This document shows, piece after piece, positions 52,738-61,840 of a stretch of DNA of 64,000 bases (position 1 is its first letter; each line of letters starts with the position of its first letter). The stretch is taken from sequence record OZ196212.1. One strand, 5' to 3'. Under the pieces are notes generated by a model, which did no database searches, was not told the DNA's origin, and saw only the letters and a program-made list of their open reading frames with translations. The translations under genes were made by a program, and so were the position numbers.

Positions 52738-53793
52738 TTATTTTACCATTTTGATTTCTATCTTGTTGGTCATGTATGCCATTTTCTTTTCGAACTCGAC
52801 ATCATATTCTGGTCGATGTTCATACTCAACTGACAACATTTCTTTCAAGCAACGAAACAGCTCGTTCTTGTAGTACCCTTCTTTCATGCCTTGCATTTGC
52901 TTGTATTGCTTCTGCATAGCTTCTTTGATGATATCGGGGTGCATGAACTTGATTGACATTTCACGCGGTGCTTTCACAGTACCGAAATCAACGTACACTT
53001 GAGCCTTTTCTGCGACTTGAATGAAGTCGTAGATTGTGTCGTAGCTCATGCGCGATAGCGTGTGGTGCATACACAAGTGTTTGCTGTGTGCTTTAAGAAT
53101 CGGTACGTTAGCAAGCATCAAGTCGTGATCGATATTCTGGCGTATGTATTCGTTGCGCTCTTTACCACCATCACATGAGATCGTGAACACAATTCGTTCG
53201 CGGTATTCTTTACACATTGCAAGAATCTTTTTAGCTAATGGTGTGTGCAGCACAGTTCCGTTTGTCAGAATGAACACTTCTGCTTTAGTGTCTTCAAGCA
53301 CTTCTTTCAGCACTTCAAGAGTACGCTTGTCCATGAACGGTTCACCGCCATACAGAACAACAGTTTCAACGCCTTTCGGGATGCTGAAGTCAAGCTGCTT
53401 GTAGTCGTATTCATCTTCTATGTCGTACAAGTCCATGTACGTCTTGCTGTTCTTGCCGAAACACATACGACATGCAAGGTTACATTTGTTTGACATCAAG
53501 ATTTGAATCGTTCGTGGGTGCTCTTCTAACGCTTCATATTCGAAGTATTTCTGGTCAGAAAGTTCACCGTAGCTCATACACTCTTTGCAGTATTCTGGTA
53601 ACGTGTCGTAGTCGAACATGCGTTCGCGCACTTCATTGATGATATCAGAGTGCCACCAGTCTTCAACGTTCTTGAATGGCTCACTCAACTGAGAGCAGCA
53701 AATATGATAGCCGTCTGGCTTTGCGTCGCGTGTATTGAATGGAGAGCCGCACAGCGGCTTTCTCCCGTCTTTAAATCCGAACTTATCTAACAT
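52738..53793 (-). CDS. radical SAM enzyme with N-terminal twitch/SPASM-like Cys cluster
   Basis: LCGSPF...ICC...CKEC; CNLACRMC; GGEP; TNG; SCDG. Confidence 0.9.
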   Translation of the reverse strand: MLDKFGFKDGRKPLCGSPFNTRDAKPDGYHICCSQLSEPFKNVEDWWHSDIINEVRERMFDYDTLPEYCKECMSYGELSDQKYFEYEALEEHPRTIQILMSNKCNLACRMCFGKNSKTYMDLYDIEDEYDYKQLDFSIPKGVETVVLYGGEPFMDKRTLEVLKEVLEDTKAEVFILTNGTVLHTPLAKKILAMCKEYRERIVFTISCDGGKERNEYIRQNIDHDLMLANVPILKAHSKHLCMHHTLSRMSYDTIYDFIQVAEKAQVYVDFGTVKAPREMSIKFMHPDIIKEAMQKQYKQMQGMKEGYYKNELFRCLKEMLSVEYEHRPEYDVEFEKKMAYMTNKIEIKMVK

Positions 53794-54062
53794 TAGTTTA
53801 ACTCATCTAATAGTGACTGGAATTCTTCGTCACGCGCAGCATCAATTGTGCCAGTCATGAGTGCTTCAAGAGCCGATAGAGATTGAATCTCTGGTGCTTT
53901 TGGTCGAAGATCTTCGAGAATGTGAATCAACGATTCTTGTGGTAAATCGTTATACACGATTTCGTCTGGTAATTCGTGTTTGTAAACACAGCCATCACCC
54001 CAATCGATTACGACTGCGTGTTCCCATTTGTCAATTTCTAGTATTTTAAAGTTCGGTTTCAT
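53793..54062 (-). CDS. small acidic hypothetical protein
   Basis: 89 aa coupled between GT4 and rSAM. Confidence 0.8.
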   Translation of the reverse strand: MKPNFKILEIDKWEHAVVIDWGDGCVYKHELPDEIVYNDLPQESLIHILEDLRPKAPEIQSLSALEALMTGTIDAARDEEFQSLLDELN

Positions 54063-55068
54063 GTTTTAATCCCCAGAGTGTTTCCCACTGCTCTCTTGAC
54101 TGAGCGCGGTACATTTCAATATTCAATTTTTCATGTGGTTTGTTGATAACTTCTTTAACGATGTTCGCCAAGTTACTATTGTTTATATCAGCGAATTGAA
54201 CCGGAAATATGAAGTCGCGTGTATACGGTGCATCGTATTGCACGACGCACGGGATGTATTGACTCGCTTCTAATATTGCATACGGCATGATCTCGATGTG
54301 AGACATGTGAAGCAAGCATTTACTCTTCATCATCGCAGCGATTACTTTCTCGCGTGGCTGACATACGTGAACTTTGTAGTCTAACCCAGGTGGAGGAGTA
54401 GTCGTTCCCGTGCTGTATACATGCACTTTAAGCCCGCTCTTAGCTAACGAGCGAAGCATTTCGGGTATTTGCTTACGTTTGTATGCGCCAGAAACAATAA
54501 CTACGTCAGTCTCTTCAGCAGCGTCTAGTTCTTCTTGTGATATCGTGGGTAGTTCGAATGGCTCAAACGCAGTGACATGTTTGCCACCCATTAGATGATC
54601 GCCCCAATACTTGATGCCGTCAGATTGACATACGTTAGTCACGAGTCGTTCCATTCCCATCATTTGGCGCCACTGTTCAAGATTGTACATTTTGTTGATG
54701 TCCATGTACTTCTTGTAGCTCTCAGGCACGATTAAGTCACCGAAGTGATGTTGGTTATAGCATTTGCGATTCGCTTCAATACAAGCGCGTAGAGCTTCAA
54801 ATGAGTGCGTATAGATGATAGTGTCGTCATCTAGTGATTGTATCACCATCGCGTTTGCTTTGTAGTCATCAAATGCGCGATTGGTAAGAACATGTTCGCA
54901 ACCGAAGTCCCAGTATTTTGCATGAGGGCAATATTTGTCACCGAGTACAATCACTTTGACATCGCAATTATACGTCTTCATTAATCGGACGTGGTCTTGA
55001 ATGAATGTATAGATACCGCCACCGATACCTAGCATAAAATCAGTGACCACATAACGAACTTTTTTCAT
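54046..55068 (-). CDS. GT-B (GT4-like) glycosyltransferase
   Basis: GIGGG.....I N-terminal motif; C-terminal EIMPYAILEA (EX7E) then PCVV. Confidence 0.75.
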   Translation of the reverse strand: MKKVRYVVTDFMLGIGGGIYTFIQDHVRLMKTYNCDVKVIVLGDKYCPHAKYWDFGCEHVLTNRAFDDYKANAMVIQSLDDDTIIYTHSFEALRACIEANRKCYNQHHFGDLIVPESYKKYMDINKMYNLEQWRQMMGMERLVTNVCQSDGIKYWGDHLMGGKHVTAFEPFELPTISQEELDAAEETDVVIVSGAYKRKQIPEMLRSLAKSGLKVHVYSTGTTTPPPGLDYKVHVCQPREKVIAAMMKSKCLLHMSHIEIMPYAILEASQYIPCVVQYDAPYTRDFIFPVQFADINNSNLANIVKEVINKPHEKLNIEMYRAQSREQWETLWGLKHETEL

Positions 55069-55075
55069 AAATTTG

Positions 55076-55104
55076 TTGACTCTCTGTTTGTTATTGTGTA
55101 AGCT
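55076..55104 (+). promoter_or_regulatory. sigma70-type promoter
   Basis: TTGACT, 17 nt, TAAGCT. Confidence 0.65.
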
Positions 55105-55137
55105 CTATTTTAACGCAAGCAACATGAGAATTAAACA

Positions 55138-55341
55138 ATGCGAATTCTTTCGCAAGACCTTATTCGCTTACGTGTTGAAGAGTTACCGTTTGTTAGATTA
55201 GACGTTGACAAGCAGCGCAGAATATGCGAGTATTTAAACACGCTAGATGACGAAACAATCTATGCGCTTGAAGAACACACCGAAGATGCCGACGGCACTC
55301 GTAAAATTTTGAAATTCTTATTGAAAAAAATTGGAGATTAA
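55138..55341 (+). CDS. hypothetical protein
   Basis: 67 aa helical. Confidence 0.75.
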   Translation: MRILSQDLIRLRVEELPFVRLDVDKQRRICEYLNTLDDETIYALEEHTEDADGTRKILKFLLKKIGD

Positions 55342-55345
55342 TGAT

Positions 55346-55819
55346 ATGGCTTACGAATCAGTATTTAACGGAACGAATCGTTACAAAGTTCTACGTGAGG
55401 GTCGCGATTACATCAACAAAGTCGCACACAGACACGGTGCAGTTGATAAAGGTATTTACGTGACTATTGACTATCATGTAATTGACAGAATCATGGATCA
55501 CGAATTCCCTGCTCGTGTATTCGAAGTCATCGTCGGTCGATTGATCAAGAATCACCAAGATGAGATCATGAAGCTTGCGAATATGTCTGACGACGAACGT
55601 CCGAAGCACATCAACGTGTACGGTAACAAGCCAGGCTCACCTTACATGGTTGGCGTGACAATCAACAAAGCAGCAACTGGTAAAGTTTACGTGAATCTGC
55701 GTACTTGTTACAAAGAACGCAACAGTAAATATCGTCAACGCATCATCGAAGCATACAAAATTCGTGTGAAGACATCTTCAGAGATTGAAGCTGAAAATGC
55801 AGTGATTGACGACTTCTAA
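55346..55819 (+). CDS. hypothetical protein
   Basis: Start moved to ATG 55346 after GGAG. Confidence 0.8.
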   Translation: MAYESVFNGTNRYKVLREGRDYINKVAHRHGAVDKGIYVTIDYHVIDRIMDHEFPARVFEVIVGRLIKNHQDEIMKLANMSDDERPKHINVYGNKPGSPYMVGVTINKAATGKVYVNLRTCYKERNSKYRQRIIEAYKIRVKTSSEIEAENAVIDDF

Positions 55820-55839
55820 ATAGAAAACAATTTAAAAAG

Positions 55840-55868
55840 CACTACCGTCCTCAATGGGCGGTAGTTTT
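55840..55868 (+). terminator. intrinsic terminator
   Basis: actaccgtcc-tcaat-gggcggtagt-ttt. Confidence 0.75.
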
Positions 55869-55965
55869 CGTTTGAGTAAAATATAATGACAAAAATGTTT
55901 ATTCACAGTCGTATTGATACGATAATGTGAAACATCAGAGAACAATAACAAACAGGGGAATATTG

Positions 55966-58212
55966 ATGCTTGTAGTAAAGTCTTCCGGTATAACGGAAGA
56001 GTATGAAGAAAGAAAGTTGATGCGCGTTCTATCAGATGCATGTGAGAACACGTCCATCGACCCACGACATCTTCTAGACCGTGTAAAAGCACAGCTTGTA
56101 GACGGTATGACGAGCAAAGACATTCAAAAGGCAGCAGTTAAAATCGCAGCCGATAGCATTACAGTAGAAGAGCCCGACTATCAATACGTCGCTGCTCGTC
56201 TCGCTATGTATGGTCTTCGCAAAGATGTATATGGTCAGTTCGACCCAATCCCATTCAAACAACTAATCGAAAAGAACACAGCAATCGACGTTTACGATCC
56301 TGAGATTCTAGAAAAATGGTCAGACGAAGAGCTGCGCATTCTAGAAACGAACGTGATCCATGAGCGCGACTTTGAATTCGCATACGCAGGTGTGATGCAG
56401 CTCAAAGAGAAATACTTGTGTAAAAACCGCGCAACTCAAGAAATTTACGAGTCGCCACAGTATGCTTACATGCTGATCGCGATGTGCTTGCACCAAGACG
56501 AGCCAACGAATCGTATTCAACACGTTATTGACTTCTATAACGCGGTAGCAACTCAGAAACTTTCATTACCAACTCCGATTATGGCGGGTGTTCGTACACC
56601 AACACGTCAATTCAGCTCGTGTGTGAAAATCGAATCTGGTGATTCACTAGACTCAGTAAATGGCGTAGCTTCAGCAATCGTGAAGTACATCAGTAAACGT
56701 GCAGGTATCGGCGTGAACGGTGGACGTATTCGTGCTGAGGGTTCAGTCGTTCGTGCAGGTGAAATTCGTCACACTGGCGTTATCCCATTCTGGAAGCACT
56801 TTCAAACAGCAGTGAAATGTTGTTCGCAAGGTGGCGTACGTGGTGGTGCTGCAACTCTAACTTACCCGTTGTGGCATTTAGAAGTTGAGAAACTACTTGT
56901 ACTGAAGAACAACAAAGGCGTAGAAGAAAACCGTATTCGTCACCTAGATTACAGCGTATCGATTTCTCGATTGATGCTTAAACGTCTTGTGGCAAACGAC
57001 TACATCACGCTATTCAGTCCAGATGAAGTTGGCGGTCAATTATACGAAACGTATCACACAGACCCCGACGAATTTGAACGTCTGTACACGCAACTAGAAG
57101 CTGATTCAAGCATTCGTAAGAAGCGTATCAAAGCAAGTGAATTGTTCAGCATGTTCTCTCAAGAACGCGCATCAACTGGTCGTATCTACCCGATCTTTGT
57201 TGATAACTTGAACCAACAGTCTCCGTACAAAGAAGCGATCAAGCAATCGAACTTGTGTATGGAAATCGCATTGCCGACATACCCGCTTGAAGCTGACAAA
57301 GATGGCAACACTGACGGCACGGGCGAAATCGCTCTGTGTACTCTTGCTGCATACAACTTAGGTGCTATCGAATCACCCGATGAGTTTAAGCAACTAGCAA
57401 GAATCGTTATTCGTGCGCTTGATAATCTACTTGATTACCAAGACTACCCTGTAGCTGAAGCGTTGAAAGCTAAGAAACGTCGCGCTCTAGGTGTTGGTAT
57501 TACGAACTTTGCTTACTTCTTAGCGAAGAACTTTGTTGGTTACGATGATTCTGCGAAGTATCTTGTGCATGAGTGGATGGAAGCAATGTCTTTCTACAAC
57601 ATTCAAGCATCAATGGAACTTGCGATGGAACGCGGTGCTAACGATTGGCACAGTCGCACTAAGTGGGCTGACGGTCTAATGCCCGTTGATCGCTACAACA
57701 AAAACGTAGATAAACTAGTCAAACCAGTTTACAAACGTGATTGGGACTGGCTACGCGGTGAAGTTTTACGTCACGGTATGCGTAACGATACGACTTCAGC
57801 ATTCATGCCGTGTGAAAGTAGCTCACAAGTTTCAAACAGTACAAACGGCATTGAGCCGCCACGTGCTCTTGTATCAACTAAACAGTCGAAAGACGGTCTG
57901 TTCAACCAAGTTGTTCCAGAAGTTGATTTATTAAAAGACGAATACGGTCTAGCATGGAAAGTGTGTGCGAAAGACAACTACGGTTATCTTGCACTTGTAG
58001 CTATCATGCAGAAGTTTGTTGATCAGTCGATTTCAGCAAACACAAGTTACGACCCAGAACAATGGGACGATAACAAGATTCGCATTGAACGACTGTTCGA
58101 AGAGCTGGCATATTGTAGTCACTACGGCATCAAGACTCTTTATTACTCAAACACCCGCGATGGTGCAGATGGTAACGAAGATGATGCAGATTGTGATGGT
58201 TGTAAAGTTTAA
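55966..58212 (+). CDS. nrdA: class Ia ribonucleotide reductase alpha subunit
   Basis: Start moved to ATG 55966; ATP-cone VVKSSG, PTPIMAG, QFSSC, CSQGGVRGG, SNLCME, GVGITN, MPCESSSQ, C-terminal CxxC. Confidence 0.98.
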   Translation: MLVVKSSGITEEYEERKLMRVLSDACENTSIDPRHLLDRVKAQLVDGMTSKDIQKAAVKIAADSITVEEPDYQYVAARLAMYGLRKDVYGQFDPIPFKQLIEKNTAIDVYDPEILEKWSDEELRILETNVIHERDFEFAYAGVMQLKEKYLCKNRATQEIYESPQYAYMLIAMCLHQDEPTNRIQHVIDFYNAVATQKLSLPTPIMAGVRTPTRQFSSCVKIESGDSLDSVNGVASAIVKYISKRAGIGVNGGRIRAEGSVVRAGEIRHTGVIPFWKHFQTAVKCCSQGGVRGGAATLTYPLWHLEVEKLLVLKNNKGVEENRIRHLDYSVSISRLMLKRLVANDYITLFSPDEVGGQLYETYHTDPDEFERLYTQLEADSSIRKKRIKASELFSMFSQERASTGRIYPIFVDNLNQQSPYKEAIKQSNLCMEIALPTYPLEADKDGNTDGTGEIALCTLAAYNLGAIESPDEFKQLARIVIRALDNLLDYQDYPVAEALKAKKRRALGVGITNFAYFLAKNFVGYDDSAKYLVHEWMEAMSFYNIQASMELAMERGANDWHSRTKWADGLMPVDRYNKNVDKLVKPVYKRDWDWLRGEVLRHGMRNDTTSAFMPCESSSQVSNSTNGIEPPRALVSTKQSKDGLFNQVVPEVDLLKDEYGLAWKVCAKDNYGYLALVAIMQKFVDQSISANTSYDPEQWDDNKIRIERLFEELAYCSHYGIKTLYYSNTRDGADGNEDDADCDGCKV

Positions 58213-58221
58213 AGGTAGATA

Positions 58222-59343
58222 ATGAAAACGATTTTTAATACAGAAGTAGTTGCTCACTTAGAGCAACCACTTTTCTTGGGCGAAGACCCAAACATTTCAC
58301 GCTTCGAGACTACGAAGCACTCGGTATTCGAACAACTGACTGAAAAGCAGCTATCGTTTTTCTGGCGACCAGAAGAAGTTGACTTGACGCTTGACGCTCA
58401 AGAATTCGAACGTATGCCCGAGCACTGGAAGCACGTGTTCACGCAGAACTTGAAATACCAATCTCTGCTTGATTCAGTACAAGGTCGTGCACCGACACTT
58501 GCGCTTCTACCGATTGTTAGTGACGTTTCTCTAGAGAACTGGATCACTACATGGGGTTTCAGTGAAACTATTCACTCACGCTCATACACGCACATCATGC
58601 GTAACTTGTACGCGAACCCAAGTGAAATCTTCGACGAGATCATTCTTGACGACGCGATCATGAAGCGTGCGAAAGCAGTTACTGAATACTACGACCGATT
58701 GATGCGCGAAACGCATAAACTTGAGCAGCTTAAATCGATGCAACTCGACGAAGCAATCGTTCTTATGCAAGAAACTGACGTGAAAGAAGCACTTTACTTG
58801 TGTATGCACGCAGTGAACGCGCTTGAAGCTATTCGTTTCTACGTTTCGTTTGCATGTACTTTCAACTTTGCCGAGCAAGGTATCATGGAAGGCAACGCGA
58901 AAGTAATGAAGCTGATCGCACGTGATGAGCAATTGCACTTGAAAGGTACTCAAGCTCTTATCTCATTGTGGCAGAACTACAAAGATGATCCAGAAATGGC
59001 TCGAATTTCTGAGGCTCTTCAATCAGAAGCTGAAGCAATTTTCATCGAAGTAGCTGAACAAGAGAAAGAATGGGCGAATAGTCTGTTCTCTAAAGGCACT
59101 GTACCCGGTCTTAATGCTGAAATTCTATGTACATACGTTGAATATCTAACGAATAGTCGCATGAATTCAGCGGGATTGAACTCACCATACCCGAAACACA
59201 AGCACCCATTACCGTGGATTAAGAAGTGGCTAAATAGTGATTCAGTACAAGTGGCAGCACAAGAAGCTGAATTGAGTTCGTACTTGGTTGGTCAGCTTGA
59301 TTCAACAGTGCGCCCAGAATTCTTAGAAACGTTAGAGGTGTAA
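58222..59343 (+). CDS. nrdB: class Ia ribonucleotide reductase beta subunit
   Basis: FFWRPEEVD, LLDSVQGR, ETIHSRSY, EAIRFY.SF, IARDE.LH. Confidence 0.98.
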   Translation: MKTIFNTEVVAHLEQPLFLGEDPNISRFETTKHSVFEQLTEKQLSFFWRPEEVDLTLDAQEFERMPEHWKHVFTQNLKYQSLLDSVQGRAPTLALLPIVSDVSLENWITTWGFSETIHSRSYTHIMRNLYANPSEIFDEIILDDAIMKRAKAVTEYYDRLMRETHKLEQLKSMQLDEAIVLMQETDVKEALYLCMHAVNALEAIRFYVSFACTFNFAEQGIMEGNAKVMKLIARDEQLHLKGTQALISLWQNYKDDPEMARISEALQSEAEAIFIEVAEQEKEWANSLFSKGTVPGLNAEILCTYVEYLTNSRMNSAGLNSPYPKHKHPLPWIKKWLNSDSVQVAAQEAELSSYLVGQLDSTVRPEFLETLEV

Positions 59344-59344
59344 T

Positions 59345-59641
59345 TTGTTGTTAGAAATATTTGGTTGGGATCCCGAAGACTTTCGTTGTGGCCCATGCTT
59401 GAAAGCAAAGCGTTTAGCAGAAACACGCGGTATGGTTTACGATTTCATTCCGCTTGCTAAAGAAAAAATCGAAGAGAATCACGCGCTAAATCGCGAAGAA
59501 CTCGAAAAACGAATGGCAGAACACGCCATCGAGTTGAAAACTCTTCCGCAAATCTTCTTTGATGGTAAATTGATTGGTGGCTTTGATGATTTCAAAGCGA
59601 AAATTCAAGCACTTGAAGAAGAACGATGGAATCGTATGTAA
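59345..59641 (+). CDS. nrdC: glutaredoxin (T4 NrdC-like)
   Basis: CGPC active site, TLPQIF.DG..IGG; TTG start after GAGG. Confidence 0.85.
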   Translation: MLLEIFGWDPEDFRCGPCLKAKRLAETRGMVYDFIPLAKEKIEENHALNREELEKRMAEHAIELKTLPQIFFDGKLIGGFDDFKAKIQALEEERWNRM

Positions 59642-59651
59642 AATAATCAAT

Positions 59652-59688
59652 AAAAGGGTTGACTTCGGTCAGCCCTTTTTTGTATCAT
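59652..59688 (+). promoter_or_regulatory. terminator hairpin with embedded early promoter
   Basis: aaaagggttgac-ttcg-gtcagccctttt; TTGACT 59659-59664, 18 nt, TATCAT. Confidence 0.8.
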
Positions 59689-59711
59689 TCAGGCTGAACA
59701 CGGAGAATATT

Positions 59712-60266
59712 ATGAAACGCTTTTTAACTTTGATGCTTTTACTCGCGTCAACAACTGCAACTGCTTCACAGTGCGCGTACAGATCTGAATTCAACGACTA
59801 CCAATGGGAAAACATTCGAACTGTTTACATTGCGGGTTGGTACACGGGATTCAAATGGTCACTCGCTGCTATAACTATCGTTGAGACGAGCGCAGGGCTT
59901 GATAAAGAGAACGAACGCACGAAAGACTATGGATTGATGCAGAACAACATCAAGACCGCTAAGAAGCGTCTTAAAGCATGGCAAGACGCAGGTCGCGATT
60001 TCGGTGAGTATGACATCACGAAAGACGCTGACGTGCGCAGATTGCTTCTTGAGAATTATGATATCTCTATCGCACTAGCAGTCGAAGAACTACGTTTTTG
60101 GAAGAAAGTTCGCGGTGAAAAGTGGGCAGAAATCTATGCAAGCTATAATGGCGGTTATTACAAAGACAAGGCGTGGGAGAAATGGTCTCTTCACTACTCT
60201 GATAAAGTCATAACTGCTCTATCTAAAATTCAACAATGTGAAACACTACTAAATCGAGGTCTATAA
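59712..60266 (+). CDS. lytic transglycosylase (SLT)-like protein with Sec signal peptide
   Basis: Start moved to ATG 59712; AI..VETS catalytic Glu, YGLMQ.N, ASYNGG. Confidence 0.75.
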   Translation: MKRFLTLMLLLASTTATASQCAYRSEFNDYQWENIRTVYIAGWYTGFKWSLAAITIVETSAGLDKENERTKDYGLMQNNIKTAKKRLKAWQDAGRDFGEYDITKDADVRRLLLENYDISIALAVEELRFWKKVRGEKWAEIYASYNGGYYKDKAWEKWSLHYSDKVITALSKIQQCETLLNRGL

Positions 60267-60442
60267 TGTCAGTTTATCTAATCGCAGCAAGCATCGTAAT
60301 CGCGTTCCCTGCACTTAAAGCTATCTTTTGTCTATTCAATTGGCACACGTGGGACTATAAGAAAGGCGGGCATCGTGAATGTCGTTGGTGCAAGAAGTCG
60401 CAATCACGCGTACGTATTGGTAAAGATCAGGGGTGGCACTAA
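60266..60442 (+). CDS. small membrane-anchored protein with C-x-x-x-x-H...CxxC motif
   Basis: 58 aa read manually; GAGG RBS; TAATG coupling at both ends. Confidence 0.65.
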   Translation: MSVYLIAASIVIAFPALKAIFCLFNWHTWDYKKGGHRECRWCKKSQSRVRIGKDQGWH

Positions 60443-60693
60443 TGGTTAATGCAGCAGAACGAATCAATCTAATCGCATTGTGTAAAGACCGATGCACGTA
60501 CAATCTACAATATGCTTGTCGTATGTTCGAAGAGCATGGCTTTGAATTCTATTGCATGGAAAGACCGCTCGGTAGCGAGAAAATTCACAGCGTGACCTTT
60601 CTATACAAAGGCATCATGGCTCAGATTGAACCTAATGTGTACTTCGGTTGTACAGTGAACATCTTGACCGACGAACATGGTATTTTAAAATAA
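60442..60693 (+). CDS. hypothetical protein
   Basis: Start moved to ATG 60442. Confidence 0.7.
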   Translation: MVNAAERINLIALCKDRCTYNLQYACRMFEEHGFEFYCMERPLGSEKIHSVTFLYKGIMAQIEPNVYFGCTVNILTDEHGILK

Positions 60694-60707
60694 TTTGAAT
60701 AAAGTGG

Positions 60708-60736
60708 TTTACAAGGTCTGCGGATGGCTGTAATAT
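60708..60736 (+). promoter_or_regulatory. sigma70-type early promoter
   Basis: aaagtgg-TTTACA, 17 nt, TAATAT; atcgaaacgaaac leader. Confidence 0.8.
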
Positions 60737-60788
60737 TCTCTACATCGAAACGAAACACACAAATCGACTACTAAAGAGAGAACATTAC

Positions 60789-61793
60789 ATGCAAGCAATC
60801 ATCACTAACGCACTTTACCGCAAAACAGAAATCAACGGCACATTCACTCTTATCGAAAAATGTTGGAACTCTTCTGACGCTGGTGAGAAGAACGGTCGTA
60901 TGAAAATCATGTTAGACGGTGCTGTTCGCACGATTCGAGTGAACAAAGAAGATGTACAGTACGTTGATGAAGCTGACGCGTCACAAACACCAGTAGCTGC
61001 ACTAGCGCCTGTAGTTGTTCAAGAAACGACTGAAGAAATCGCAGACCGCATCATTGAAGCGTTCGACGCAATGGACATCTTCACGGTTGGTGCTATCGCA
61101 GGTCACGTTAAGTCACTTATCATTTCTGGCGCAGCGGGTGTTGGTAAAACATTCACTCTAGAGCGTGAACTAAAAGCAGCAGAAGCACGCGGTGACATCA
61201 ACTTCAAGAAAGTAGCAGGTACTTGTTCTGGTATCGGTCTTTTCACTAAACTTTGGGAATGTCGCGGTCCAAATGATGTTCTACTACTAGACGACGTAGA
61301 CGTTTTCAAAGACGAAGATCAAATGAACACTCTAAAAGCTGCACTAGATACTGGCGAAGAGCGTTGGGTTTCTTGGGCAAAAGCAAGTTCTTACCTAGAA
61401 GAGCAAGGCATCGACAAAGAATTCTTGTTTGAAGGTACTGTAATCTTTATCTCAAACAAAGACTTTGACCGCGAACTAGCAGCGAACACTAAGCTTTCTC
61501 CACACTTCGAAGCTTTAATCTCGCGCTCAATCTACCTTGACCTTGGTGTTCACACTAAAGAAGAAATCATGGTACGCATTAAGCAAGTAGTTTCTGCTTC
61601 AACTATGCTAGAAGATCTTGGTCTAGTTACTGAACAAATCGTAGACATGCTAACGTGGATCGAGTCTCACATCTTCGAATTGCGTTCACTTTCTCTTCGT
61701 ACTTGTTTACACATCGCTGATATGATGTTAACCTCTCCTACGAAGTGGAAATCACTTGCTAAGATGACTATGCTTACAAAGAAGCGTAAATAG
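60789..61793 (+). CDS. AAA+ family ATPase with small N-terminal domain
   Basis: Walker A GAAGVGKT, Walker B LLLDD, sensor IFISN, ALISR. Confidence 0.85.
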   Translation: MQAIITNALYRKTEINGTFTLIEKCWNSSDAGEKNGRMKIMLDGAVRTIRVNKEDVQYVDEADASQTPVAALAPVVVQETTEEIADRIIEAFDAMDIFTVGAIAGHVKSLIISGAAGVGKTFTLERELKAAEARGDINFKKVAGTCSGIGLFTKLWECRGPNDVLLLDDVDVFKDEDQMNTLKAALDTGEERWVSWAKASSYLEEQGIDKEFLFEGTVIFISNKDFDRELAANTKLSPHFEALISRSIYLDLGVHTKEEIMVRIKQVVSASTMLEDLGLVTEQIVDMLTWIESHIFELRSLSLRTCLHIADMMLTSPTKWKSLAKMTMLTKKRK

Positions 61794-61804
61794 ATTTTTA
61801 AACT

Positions 61805-61823
61805 GGGGCTTTCGAGCCCCTTT
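61805..61823 (+). terminator. intrinsic terminator
   Basis: ggggct-ttcg-agcccc-ttt. Confidence 0.8.
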
Positions 61824-61840
61824 GTCAACTGAGGAAAACG

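Noticed and set aside
55138-55341. AsiA-like anti-sigma factor
   Set aside because: Only size and helical character match; no recognisable AsiA residues.
55966-59343. Introns, inteins or homing genes in nrdA/nrdB, common in T4-like phages
   Set aside because: Both ORFs are continuous and of normal length (748 and 373 aa) and are only 9 nt apart.
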